A stretch of 63,668 nucleotides of DNA, counting the filler, from Octopus bimaculoides (Eukaryota), in assembly GCF_001194135.2 (NCBI RefSeq). It is 6 parts of 5 records of this genome, joined end to end, with 100 filler letters (N's around TTAATTAATTAA, not from the genome) between each part and the next. Parts side by side here need not be neighbours in the genome. Positions count along the whole stretch, not along the records: positions 36,479 to 43,302 come from NC_068994.1; positions 43,403 to 62,136 come from NC_068991.1; 4 more parts are not named here. One strand, written 5' to 3'. Shown here piece by piece: positions 40,231-53,779 of the stretch; positions within the stretch are counted from its first letter, which is position 1; each line of letters opens with the position of its first letter. Both the position numbers and the translations under genes were made by a program. Under the pieces are notes generated by a model. That model was not told where the DNA came from and did no database searches. It was given only the letters and a program-made list of their open reading frames with translations.

Positions 40231-40796
40231 TTCTTTAATTTACGAGATAAAGTAATTGTTTGATCGTAATCAAAATTCAGAGTTGCATCGATACACCAAA
40301 ATTGGAAGCAATCTGAGCAAAATTAAAGGGGGCTTATTCTGTGAATCAGTTTAGCTAGATCCGCAGTATTTTGTCCGGGTCTGCGTTAAGAATTCAAATT
40401 CGCCAAGGTGTATTTAGGTGGAAACTTAACCTGTTGCTCAGTTTAACAACACTATAACATAGAAGCTTGATTGCTTTTATCGAAGTCCCACTTTGTTGCA
40501 AGTATTCTGGCCAGGCTTCCGGTTTGAGGATATATTACCCGCTCCATCTTATCAGCCTCGGATGCCGTGTAAAGGGTCATGGGCTCACCGTGGAGCACAG
40601 GAATTGTGGGACACCAGGTGAGTGGATTGGAGCAACGTGAAATAAGGTGTTTTTTTCAAGAACACAACGCATCGCCCATTTCAAGAATCGAAACCACAAT
40701 CTTATGATCATGAACCCAATACTCTAACCACTAAGCCACGCGCCTCCACTGTAACACAACACCGCTACTATCTTCTATACCGCAACCACCAACCAT

Positions 40797-40828
<32 letters not shown>

Positions 40829-41520
40829 CTACCACCACCACCACCACCACCACCACCACCACCACNNNNNNNNNNNNNNNNNNNNNNNNNNNNNNNNNNN
40901 NNNNNNNNNNNNNNNNNNNNNNNNNNNNNNNNNNNNNNNNNNNNNNNNNNNNNNNNNNNNNNNNNNNNNNNNNNNNNNNNNNNNNNNNNNNNNNNNNNNN
41001 NNNNNNNNNNNNNNNNNNNNNNNNNNNNNNNNNNNNNNNNNNNNNNNNNNNNNNNNNNNNNNNNNNNNNNNNNNNNNNNNNNNNNNNNNNNNNNNNNNNN
41101 NNNNNNNNNNNNNNNNNNNNNNNNNNNNNNNNNNNNNNNNNNNNNNNNNNNNNNNNNNNNNNNNNNNNNNNNNNNNNNNNNNNNNNNNNNNNNNNNNNNN
41201 NNNNNNNNNNNNNNNNNNNNNNNNNNNNNNNNNNNNNNNNNNNNNNNNNNNNNNNNNNNNNNNNNNNNNNNNNNNNNNNNNNNNNNNNNNNNNNNNNNNN
41301 NNNNNNNNNNNNNNNNNNNNNNNNNNNNNNNNNNNNNNNNNNNNNNNNNNNNNNNNNNNNNNNNNNNNNNNNNNNNNNNNNNNNNNNNNNNNNNNNNNNN
41401 NNNNNNNNNNNNNNNNNNNNNNNNNNNNNNNNNNNNNNNNNNNNNNNNNNNNNNNNNNNNNNNNNNNNNNNNNNNNNNNNNNNNNNNNNNNNNNNNNNNN
41501 NNNNNNNNNNNNNNNNNNNN

Positions 41521-41562
<42 letters not shown>

Positions 41563-41765
41563 TTATATATATACCAATCTCTCTCTCTCTCTCTCTCTCT
41601 CGCTCTGTCTATCTATCAACCTACCAATCTCTCTCTCTCTCTCTGTCTATCTATCCATCTATCTACCAATCTCTCTCTATTTCTCTCTCTCCCTATCTAT
41701 CTGTCTATTTATCTATCTACCAATCTCTCTCTATCAATCTTTCTCTATCAAGCTCTCTCTATCAA

Positions 41766-41804
<39 letters not shown>

Positions 41805-41889
41805 ATCTATCTACCTATCTATCTATCCATCATTTATCTATCTACCAATCTCTCTCTATTTCTCTCTCTCTCTCTCCCTCTCTCTCTCT

Positions 41890-41954
<65 letters not shown>

Positions 41955-42204
41955 CTCGTGACAATGACGACGCCTTACCGTTGGCTGTACACTGGCTACT
42001 ACTCTTGACCCGAGCCAACGATATTGTCGCTATTTGATCACTCGACATGGTTAAAATAGCAGCCAAGTCCCTCTCAAGCTACGCCACACCCTACCAAATA
42101 AGGAAACAGAAAGGACATTCTGGTTATTGAGTGCGTGTGAATGCGCGTGAGTGCCTACGTGTGTGTGCGTGCGTGGTGCGCCCGTTAGACTCTTTGTCTA
42201 TTAT

Positions 42205-42575
42205 CCTTTATCTTTTCCTTGTGTCAGTCGTTAGATTTTGGTCATGCTGGAGCAACGTCTTGGAGAGTTTAATCTAGGATATCGATTCCAGTACTTACTA
42301 CGTCCGTCTCGGTTGCCGAACCGCTAAGTTATGAGGACGCAAACTAATCAACACCGGTCGTCAATCGCTGTTGGGAAACAAATAGCATAAAGATACACAT
42401 ACAGGCGCAGGCGTGGGTGTGTGGCAAGAAGCTTGCTGCTGCCCAACAACATGTTTTCGGGTTCGGTCCCACCGCGTGGCACCTTGGGCAAGTGTCTTCT
42501 ACTATAACCTCAGGCCAACCAAAGCCTTGTGAGTGGATTTGGTAGACGGAAACTGAAAGAAGCCCGTCGTATATA
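42205..42575. mobile_element. Family B SINE 3' half (-) abutting a family B 5' half (+)
   Basis: 42205-42390 matches the reverse-complemented tail; 42405-42570 is head plus CORE-like body ending in (TA)n. Confidence 0.7.
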
Positions 42576-42969
42576 TATATATATATATATATAACAATAA
42601 GAAATGGAGGGGAATAGGTGGTATTCATCAACTTGCAGACATTGTATTGTGTCAATTTACCTGCTTATTTGTTTACTAAAAGGACAATAATAACAATTAA
42701 CAAACACTTGCCACATATTATGTCATATCAGTAATTAAAAAAGGACATCCAGTGACAGAAAATGGGATGATAGATATTATTCCTTAGAGGGTTGGATTCA
42801 CAACCCCTAACTTTCTTGGATATATATTGGTATTTAGGCAGTGTGTTACATATCCCAAGGCCCGGTAATTACATGTATGTAAGTATGTATGTATGTATGT
42901 ATGTATGTATGTATGTATGTATGCACGCATGCATGCATGTAAACATTAACATATTTATAAGTGTGCGTG

Positions 42970-43001
<32 letters not shown>

Positions 43002-43216
43002 CATATTCTTTTACTTGTTGCAGTCATTTGACTGCGGCCATGCTGGAGCACCGCCTTTAGTCGATCAAATCGATTTGAGGACTTATTCTTTGTAAGCCTG
43101 GTTTTTATTCTATCGGTCTCTTTCTGCCGAGCCACTATATTACGAGAACGTAAACACACAAACATTGGTTGTCAAACGATGGAGGGGGACAAACACAAGC
43201 ACACAGAAATATATCA

Positions 43217-43274
<58 letters not shown>

Positions 43275-43564
43275 TTATATATCTATCTATCTATCTATAT
43301 ATNNNNNNNNNNNNNNNNNNNNNNNNNNNNNNNNNNNNNNNNNNNNTTAATTAATTAANNNNNNNNNNNNNNNNNNNNNNNNNNNNNNNNNNNNNNNNNN
43401 NNGTGTTAAAAACAATATATATCAGAGAGAGCCCCCCACCCCCCAAAAAATCATCCCAGCAATGTCTAGCGAAAACGCGGGATGCATTTCGGTCCTTTTG
43501 GGCTCTGTCAATAACGTGTACTCGTAGTTATATGCCTGAACGAAATTTGTCGCCTCCGATATAT

Positions 43565-43915
43565 GGGAAGTAGTGTGGCTGTGTGGTAAAAGTTTTGCTT
43601 CCCAATCACATGATTCCGGGTTCAGTCCCACTGCATGGAACCTTGAGCAAATGTCTTCTATCATAGCCCCGAGCCGACCAAAAGCCTTGAGAGCAGATGC
43701 GTGTGTGTGTGTGTGTGTGTGTGCGCGCACACACACACCTTTGTGTATGTACTTGTTCCTCCGCCACTGCTTCACAACCGGTGTTGGTTTGTTTACATTC
43801 CTGTAACTTAATGGTTCGATCAAAAGGACCAGTGGAACAAGTATCAGGCTTAACAACTAAATCGTGCTCCAGCATGGCCGCATTCCAATGATTGAAACAA
43901 GTGAAAGAATTGAAA
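43565..43915 (+). mobile_element. SINE family B, near full-length; other copies at ~43005-43200 (-), ~45990-46295 (+), ~37985-38150 (-), ~47095-47270 (-)
   Basis: Head, CORE-like body, internal (GT)n, tail ending GAAACAAGTGAAAGAA. Confidence 0.8.
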
Positions 43916-44469
43916 AGATAATGCGAATAGCTGCCGGACAGTATGTTCGCCATTGAACCGGAATTAAATTAAAATAGCCACCTATGAATCATACTCAACG
44001 AATATAGACACAATTGACAGAGAAGATAGAGGCGGTTTTCGTCAGATGTCTATACATACATACATACATACATACATACGTACATACATACATACATACA
44101 CACATACACACATGCATATACATACATATACACATAGACATACATACATACATACACACATACATACATAGACATACGCCCACTTAGTATAATTGTATGG
44201 ATATTTCGAAGTTTAATCGAAAATACTTCTCATGCAGTGTTGAGCTAGCGGGTTTAAGTCTCGGATCTAAGGTCTATGTATGTATGTATGTATGTATGTA
44301 TGTATGTATGTATTTTGTATGTATGTGTGTGTATATATGTGTGTCTATGTATGCGTGTGTGTATGTATGCATGTATGTGTATGTGTGTACGTGTGCATAT
44401 GTATGTGTATGAATATATGTATGTATGAATGTATCTGTCTATCTGTCTGTCTGTCTGTCTGCCTATCTA

Positions 44470-44547
<78 letters not shown>

Positions 44548-44759
44548 GTTGGTAAATGCTAATGCACCAAAGCAATCTTCTCTATTTGTAGACATATTAC
44601 CGTTGTTGCTACTAACAGGTAAAGATACACTATCTTAGGTATAAATCTGTTGTATTTAGTACCATCACCCTGCGTTCAACCATCGTAATTTCGTAGATGT
44701 AAGCTTTGGTACAAGTAATATCCTTGATTCGTTATAATCCATTCTAAAAGGGGGAAAAA

Positions 44760-45330
44760 TATATGAGAGCTGTTAGAGTGCCGGACAAATGCCTTGAAGT
44801 ATTTGTTTCGACTCTGAACGTTCTGAGTTCAAATTCCTCCGACGTCAAGCTTTTTGTTCATCGTTCTGTTTTTTTTCTTCGTTTTTGTTCTTTTTCGTCA
44901 ATAAATTAAAGTACCAGTCAGGTACTCAGGTACTGGACCCATTTAATCAGCTAATCCCTTTTTGGCCTTGTGTCTACTTTACGTTAAAACTACCTACTCT
45001 TCTTCTTCTTCTTCTTCTTCTTCTTCTTCTTCCACATACGTACACTGTTATACTACATACACTTTTTTTTCCTAAATCATTCCATTCTATGAAAATCCTT
45101 ACACTTTATTTCTTGTCTTTGCATCGCCTACCCACTCCTCATCCGTCGCTCAGGGTAGAAAATGAAATCACCACGTTTTTACGATCTGGGTTCAAATTCC
45201 GCCGAGGTCGATTTTGCTTTTCATTCTTTAGGGGATCGATAAAATAAGTACCAATTGAGTACTAGGATCGATATAATCGACTAGTCTCCTTCTGCAAAAT
45301 TTCAGGCCGTGTACCTTTTTAGTAGAAAGA

Positions 45331-45340
<10 letters not shown>
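44760..45340 (+). mobile_element. Two SINE family A copies, the second ending in (ATT)n
   Basis: B box GAGTTCAAATTCC / GGGTTCAAATTCC; tail GCCGTGTACC...AGTAGAAAGAATTATT. Confidence 0.7.
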
Positions 45341-45374
<34 letters not shown>

Positions 45375-45754
45375 GGACGATTTTTCTAACTGAAGCGGTA
45401 AAGTGCTATGTCTAGTTGTAACACCTACTTAAGCTTAAATTTCACCAGGATTGTTTTAGTTCCTCATTCTTCCGAGGTTAATGAAATAATTAGTACTGGG
45501 GACGATTTGTTCGACTAAAAACCACCAAGGCGGTGCTCCAGCATGGCCGCAGCAAAATAAAGAGACGAACAATAAATAAAAGTCGAATTGCATAAATCAC
45601 AGTGTTTGACATAGCTCTGCGCGCGCACGTGTGTGTGAAGTAGTGACTTATCTAATATATCAATAAAAACAGCTGTTCGCACTCGTTGGGATTTTCTTAT
45701 ATTTGAAGATACTAGATCTTTACGTACAATATATATTTTAACGCCCTACTTCGG

Positions 45755-45799
<45 letters not shown>

Positions 45800-45895
45800 G
45801 TCTATCTATCTATCTGTCTGTCTGTCTGTCAATTTATCTATCTCTCCGTGTGTCTGTCTATGTATGTATGTATGTATGTATGTATGTATGTATGC

Positions 45896-45936
<41 letters not shown>

Positions 45937-46344
45937 ATTTCTTTATTGCCCACAAGGGGCTAAACATAGAGGGGACAAACAAGGGCAGACACCTTGGACG
46001 AGTGTCTCCCACTATAGCTTCGGACCGGCCAAAGCCTTTTGAGTGGATTTGTTAGGCGGAAACTGAAAGAAGCCCTTCGTATATATATGCTTATGCGTGT
46101 GTGTCTTTGTGCTTGTGATTATCCTCCACTCCACCATCGCTTGACAACCGCTGCTGGTGTGTTTACGTCTCCGTAACTTAGTGGTTCGGTATAAAAGACC
46201 GATAGAATAAGTGCTGGGCTGGGGTCGATTTCTTCGACTAAAATCCTTTGAGGTGGTGCTCTAGCATGGCCGCAGTCAAATGACTGAAACAAGTAATTGA
46301 ATAATATACACACGCACACACACTTATATTATATATACATTAAT

Positions 46345-46377
<33 letters not shown>

Positions 46378-46843
46378 CTGTTTTGCAATCTTTGTGTTTA
46401 TTTCCGCGTTGCTGTCATACGACGTCATTACGTAGAGTCACTGATTTCCCGCCAAATTGCTTTCAGCCTCGTCATATAAACAGATCCATTCAATTGGCGA
46501 TTTGGCTGTCGCCTGATCTCTTGAGCCGAAGTTTCTGTAAAAAAAAAAACCTATCAAAAACAGAAGGAAAAAAAAAACGATGACACTCCTCGTAGCGAAT
46601 CATCCACATTTGACTTTTTAATATACATACAAACATACGTACATACATGTGTGTATATATATGAGTGCAAATCGGCGAAAACAAATATATATACGCTGAT
46701 GCATAAAGTATTACTGATATCTATCTATCTATCTATCGATCGATCGATCTTTTTGTTTTCCTCCCTTCCCCTCCCCAAAAGAAAAGCTCTACTTTGTAAC
46801 TTGTCCCCTCTGTGTTCAGCCCTGTGTGTCTAATAAAGAAACA

Positions 46844-46874
<31 letters not shown>

Positions 46875-47461
46875 AAATGCTTGGAACGAAAATTCCTTGC
46901 TGTATTTATGATTGACGAAGAAAGGGCAGCGATTATGACCGTTTCTGAAAGTGGCGGAAACCACAACTGAAATTATCCTCAGGTTTCGGTGCTTTTGCAA
47001 TGGAGTAAATTCCGCTAGAGTACCCCATCAGCAAGGTGGTGGGTTTTAAAACAGAGCTACAAATTAAAACTATCAATAGAGAATGGGAGCAGGTCACCTA
47101 GCGGTTTCCGTATAGTTTCCGTTAACCAAATTCTTACTCGCATGATTTTGGTTAGCGTAAAAACCATGGCAGAAAACTTCTTGTCCAGTTTGCCACACCC
47201 CGGGATTGAACCCGTAACAACGTTGATAAACAGGAACCTTGTTAGTCACACACAATCATGCCCCCGCCCAATTAGTCACGAACTTTAAACAACATTGATA
47301 TGTTAAAAACCACACACGATATGTNNNNNNNNNNNNNNNNNNNNNNNNNNNNNNNNNNNNNNNNNNNNNNNNNNNNNNNNNNNNNNNNNNNNNNNNNNNN
47401 NNNNNNNNNNNNNNNNNNNNNNNNNNNNNNNNNNNNNNNNNNNNNNNNNNNNNNNNNNNNN

Positions 47462-47500
<39 letters not shown>

Positions 47501-47987
47501 ATATATTTATTTATATATATATATCACATATGTGTGTATGTACATAATGTGTGTATTTATATATGAATGGATACGAGTGTGTATTATTAAACTTCATACA
47601 ACCAGTTGTTAACTTGTATGATGTACACACACGCATGCGCTCTCTGTGGCATATTCACCTACACAAAACATCAGGTTACCTGAGACAAATATATTCATGC
47701 GTTATACAATATACACAAGCGCACATGCAGCAATTAAGTAGGTGTGCCGTTGTGCAACGAACTGAAATCATCTTGGGGGCAAAGTCTCCCTTCTTGGGGG
47801 TAACGAAAAGGTTTGGTGCATTTGTCATTATTTATAAAGAACGCAGATTGTTTTTCTCTCCCCACCAAGAAAGGGATTTTTGCCCCACTAAACGACATAC
47901 CTACGTAATTGTACTTTTTTCGCAATAAACAACACTTTCGTTCAACGCAGGTCTCTACTAGTTCTCGTTGAATTCTGTTCGTGTCTG

Positions 47988-48047
<60 letters not shown>

Positions 48048-51000
48048 ACTGTCTGTCTGTCTGTCTGTCCGTCCGTCCGTGAGTGTTGAAAATGACGTCT
48101 ACATATCGGCGACATTGTGAGTAAAATGTGTGTATATGTAAATGTATATATGTATAATGTGTGTGTGTGTGCATATGTATATGTATATATGTATAATGCG
48201 GTGTATGCATGTGTATATGTATATATATGTATAATGCGTGTGTGTGTGCATACGTAAATTTATATATGTATAATGTGTGTATGTATGTATGTATGTTTGT
48301 GTAGTTATGCGTCTGTGCGTGTGTGTAAAACTTTATTTTCCTGTAACTAAGTAATCGTTGTGTTTATAATAGTATTCACAACAAAGTCGTTTTCCTCACG
48401 CCCCACAAAAATGAAAACTGACGTGTTCAAACATTCACACACACATACATAGCTACACACACACACATACACACACAGAGTCCTGATAACACAATGTATG
48501 TTCATATACCCATCTATCTATCTTTGTATTTTCCCCTGTAGCTGTATCTCCCTCACACACATACATACACGCATATACACACACTTTCTATGACTTGTCA
48601 CCATTTATCTATCACATAACATACACACACACACACACATACTAGCATACACATGGAGTATCGTCGGCGCGTGGACTTGTTTAAACTCATTAGTTCTCCT
48701 CCTCCTCCTCCTTTCTCTGTTCCGTCTATTTCTCCCTCCTACTTCTGTCATATATCTTTTTTCCGTCTTAAGTTTCACTCTCACTCTTACTCCAACGAAT
48801 TCCTCACTCCCACCCAACCTCACTTCCTCTTTATTCATAAACACACACACACACAGAAACGTACCGTATATATGATGTTTATCAGGCGTGTGTATGTATG
48901 TATGAATGAACGTATGCGTATATATAAATGTATGTATATGTATAGATGTATGCATATATATATATAAATATTCATGTAAAGTATGCGTGCATGTTTGTAT
49001 GTGTACACACAGACACACACACGTGTGTGTATAATCAAAGGACACTGTCCTGGGGAAAGGGTAGGGCGAATCTATGTAAACATATATCTGGAAGATTCTG
49101 ATCTGGTGGCATACACACACTCAAACGTACACAAACAAAAAATTACGCGCGCACACTAGTATACATACGCATGCGCGTACGCCGAAGTTAACTTAAGACA
49201 CACCCACAAGACATGCTTGCACTCACACACACACAGAGCGTCAATCGTTTTTGTGTACATAGCTACACATGTGCGTATGTTTACGCACATATAATACACG
49301 CATGTGTTTTACCTTCGTCTCTTTCGATCTTTCCGTCTGTCTGTCTGTCTGTCTATCTGTCTGTCTGACGGACAGAAGAAATACTGTTGCACTCACGCGC
49401 ATGTAACACACATCCATAAACATGCACACACACACAAAACAACGCGCTACACATCAGTAAACAAACGCATGACATTACCATACGCACGAACACTCTCTCT
49501 CTTTCTTTCTGTCTCTGTCTCTGTCTGTCTCTCTCTCTCTCTCACGCGCACGTACATATACACACAACCAGAGAGGGGTACAGAAATATGTGCAATTACA
49601 CATATACATATACACTTATATACACACACACTCACTCACATATACGATGTATACCACTGTAATAAGCAATATACCATCGCTAAATAGCCTATTCCCGCTC
49701 ACTCTCACTTCCCCTCACACACACACACACACACACACACATTCACACACACACACGCACACACATACAAGAGGTACCGCGGCAATAAGCATCACCACCA
49801 CCGCCACCACCACCACCACCACCACCACCACCATCATCGTAATAAGCACATCACTGCCACCACCACTCTATAGCTCTTACTCACATCTGATGACGTAATA
49901 TTTTATTGTTATTTATAGCGTTCCCTACCAATCTGGTTTCATTTGTGATAAGATATTTGTTTGGGAAACTTCTGAGGAAGAAGAAAAAAATAAAAGAAAA
50001 ACCTACGAGAGAAGCATATATTATCATATATATATATATATATATATATTTACATTTTTATATTATCTTACAAAACATAAACCTACAATTATATTTATAT
50101 TTATAAAAAAGTGAAAGAACAATACATGCAATATACATATTATAAAGCGGATAACAAGAAAATAATCACAACATACAACTGAACACCTATTTATTTGTAT
50201 TTATGCACACGCTCTAACTGGATTTAAAAGGAAAGTTTATTGAAGTTGCGCGGACTTGTTATGATTTTAATTTAAAGGGGGAAAAAAAAAGTAAAGTGAC
50301 GTTTTTGGTAATATATTCTACAGAAATCCAAGGATATAAAGGTACATACAAAAATCTCTTCTTGTAAAAGCTTTTACATATGAAAAAAAGAATGCTTTTT
50401 TTTATATTTCGTATGAAAAAAGTTTTCTTTCTACGTTAAAGATATTTTTTTTATCGCCAACATGTATTAATTACAATTATATGTTATCATATACGCGTAG
50501 TTTTTTTGTTTTTGTTTTTACTTTAAACTATATCTCCAGTTGATTTTTTTTTTACTTAAAAAACATTATCGCTTACTAAGTTAATCCATATTAAATATTT
50601 TCTACACGTATGTTTTTGTTTTAAGCTAATTCTTTTTCGCGTGAAAAAAGTTTTTGCTTTTAATTTAAAAATATAGTTGTTACTAAGTGATAGATACATG
50701 TTTTTCAAGTATTTTTTTTAAATCTGAAACTTTTTTTTTTGCTAGAAAAAAGTTATTTTTATTTCGATTTTTTAAGCTTAATATTCGATAAACCCTTTTC
50801 ACGTTTCATTTTATCTTAAAGCTAAAATTTAAACTATGTAATTAGCAGAGAGAAAGTCAGGCGTAGATAGAGATGGGGAAGCATATACATCGGCGAACAG
50901 AAAGAAATTGTTTATTTAGTATATTTTCAATGAATCCAGTTTTATATGTGTTTGTAGACGCTTTTGTGTTAATTCTGTGACGAATTTTAATATTTCTTGG

Positions 51001-51568
51001 GATGGCTGGACGAAAGTGTGCGAAAAAGAGAAAGAGTGCGAGGAAAAAAATCGAAAACTTAGTAAATAAATCTTTTAGGTTACTTTCGAATTCTCTGTTC
51101 ACGCTTTGCTGTTTATCGATGCAAAAAAGACAGCAAGAATCGTTTATCGTAGAATTTGTTTACATTTTCTTATCTCACTAATGTTTATGAAAACATACTA
51201 TGTACAACTTTATGACTTTTAGTCACTGGTCATGCTGGAGCATTAACACACACATACATACACACACATCTATATACGCAACATATATACATGTGAGCAA
51301 ATACATGGTTTGTTTTGCGATTTTGTTCTATCTCCCCTTCTGTCCTTTTCGTGTGTTTTATTTCGTTTTGCCTTTTTTTTTATTAAAGCAGCTACAATAA
51401 ACTTATTTTCAATCTGTCACCGATATATTTATTACCGTTTACCTTTCTTCCTTATTTTTTTCTCTTTATCTATCTATTTATCTATGTATCTATCTATCTA
51501 CCAGCCTGTCTGTCTGTCTATCGATATACCTATCTATAATCTTTCTTTTCTTTTCATATTTCTTTCAG

Positions 51569-51971
51569 AATACAGAGTGGACCCTGAATAAGAAACAGAA
51601 ATTGTGAAGAATTCAGTTGGGAAATTACATCATTTTCAACGTTACGCACACAGACTAAATATACTTATTATTATTTACTTGTTATATTTTTGTTTGCCTT
51701 TTTTTTTTCATTGACAATTCACTGAAGAGAAAAGAAAAGAAAAAAAGGATTACCACTATTCCATTATTATCAGATTAAAGTTTTCATGTTATTGAACATT
51801 GGTTCTTGGCTCTCAAAAAGACAAAGACAAAAAAACTTGTTGCAATATTTGTTTCGCTTCGTTTGACTTACTTTATACTTTTTTTTTGCGGTTTTTGAGA
51901 ACTTGATATTTAACTAAAAGAACTAAAGAATTAAGTGTGAACATTTTTTTTTTTTGCTTCTTGGTTCAATT
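51569..51971 (+). other. Probable 5' UTR part of the large exon
   Basis: Strong acceptor CTTTCTTTTCTTTTCATATTTCTTTCAG| at 51568; ATGATG at 51972 is the first in-frame ATG of the long ORF. Possible upstream donor CAT|GTGAGC at 51293. Confidence 0.4.
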
Positions 51972-53310
51972 ATGATGCAATCTGCTCCAATCAGTGAAGA
52001 ATTATACGATTCACTGAACTCTAACCAAAAACCTACCCAGCCCAAGACAAAAGTTGCCATCGAAGACACAACAATTAGTCCTTTCGAAGACGGTGGAGGC
52101 GACGACGAAGACGACGACGACGACGATTCCATTCGGAACTTGTCCAATATGACCCCTTGCACACCCTCGGTGGGATCTTTTGACAGTAGTTACGCTACTG
52201 ACGACTCCCCTTCTAATATTTCGCCACCTTATCACCATCATCACCACCAACAACAACAACAGCAGAAGGGGGACGAAGAGCATCATCATCTGCAGCAGCA
52301 AGAACAGCAGTACAACTTGTTCCAATATAGTCAACAGCAGCAGCAGCAGCAGCAATTTTGTCGCTCTCTCTGCCGCCGTCAGCGCTTCGAAGGACCGCAA
52401 AACTATCCCCACCGTTACCACAACCAGCAGCAACACCAGCACTCCCATCCTCCCTACTTCCCGCAGCAGCAGGAGCAGCATAATCATCATCTTCAACAAC
52501 AGTTCCAGGCTCTGACAATAGGAAATACAACTGCTGCTATCGGTGCTGTAGGCGGAGGCGGAGACGGTGGTGGTGGTGGTCGTCGTCGTGGCCCAGCTGT
52601 CATATCGACCAGTTTGTGTAGTGTAGAAAGTATGAGCGATTATTACTCGATGCGCGAGAGAAGTTCGAACGACTTTGACGAAAACGACGGCGACGACGAC
52701 GACGACGACGATGATGTCGTCGTTGGCGACGATGACGACGAAGACAAAGACGACGACGACGATAATAACGACGACGTCGATGATGTAGACGAAGTGGTAG
52801 GCGCCGCTGACGACGATGATGAAGATGACGACGACGTCTTCTCCAAAGACGGAGTAAGTGGAAACAGCGCATTTCCGAGTACGCAACGACACGGCGTGTC
52901 TCACAGCCGACCAATACCGATTCGATCGGTTGCCAGAAGAAACAGAACAAATGATTTGAACACGATGAACCACCATCATCACCACAATAACAATAACCAC
53001 AACAACAACAACAACGGTTCTACTTCTTCTTACGGAAGTCCGAGCAGTTTCCCCATGAGCATGGACCATCATTTCATGGCTAACTTCCGCAACAATTTCC
53101 CGCAACATTTCCAAGGACCTCACGGCATGAGTCCTGACTGTTGCCAGGCGGGAAATATTCTGGTATCTTGTAGCTGGGGATCGGAACTACGGCGCACTAT
53201 CGGAACACAAACCTACCCCATGTTTAGAAGAACCAGCACATTGTTTGGGATTCAAACTCCCTGTCACTTACACAACCAGTCTAGTATCCGTGCAATCATC
53301 AGCTCAACAG
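51972..53310 (+). CDS. First coding exon (446 codons + 1 nt) of a low-complexity, probably disordered protein with DDVF, SRPIPI, TIGTQT and GIQTP motifs; Bmf/Bim-like BH3-only protein is a hypothesis
   Basis: 1.3-kb stop-free frame with mixed-codon polyD/Q/H/N tracts and unique segments; donor CAG|GTAGGA at 53311 (phase 1). Downstream exons not found before the 62137 linker. Confidence 0.8.
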
Positions 53311-53403
53311 GTAGGAAAAAAAAACTTTTATTCTCTTTCTTTTGCTGTTCGCTTTTAATTCCATCTTGTTCGCGCTTGTTTTTCCTATCTCTGATTAACT
53401 TAA

Positions 53404-53779
53404 CCTCTTAGCATATATATTTTTTACGTGGATATTGAAAAAAAATGTGCTATTTCTTTATTTATTGTTTATTTTGAATTTGTATATAAGGAAGAATAAG
53501 TACAGAAATTATTTGGGATCAGTTATGATTTAACATAAAGTTACTTCATAGTTACTATGATAGTTACTAACAGTTAACGATAGAAAAACGGTAATTACAT
53601 CATGAACGAAGTATTTCTGGTTAGAAATAAGTGACAAATATCTCAGAAAAAAGTGAACGTATATTTTCGTTCAAATATATTTACTAGACATCTCTGAACG
53701 AAAAAATACGGCATTTCGTTCATATATATATTTACTAGACATCTCTGAACGAAAATATACGGCATAATATGTTAAGAGG
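53404..53779. mobile_element. piggyBac-like MITE (376 bp) with TTAA target-site duplication
   Basis: TTAA|CCTCTTAGCATAT ... ATATGTTAAGAGG|TTAA; 13-bp TIR with one mismatch; TTAA at 53400-53403 and 53780-53783. Confidence 0.8.

Noticed and set aside
52011-53123. 370-aa antisense ORF
   Set aside because: Shadow of the + strand repeat-rich exon (poly-V/I/L from GAC/CAT/CAA complements); no independent signals.
53311-53411. C-terminal GRKKKLLFSFFCCSLL... of the track ORF as a real hydrophobic tail
   Set aside because: Lies after a good donor, is T-rich intron-like sequence, and ends inside a MITE.
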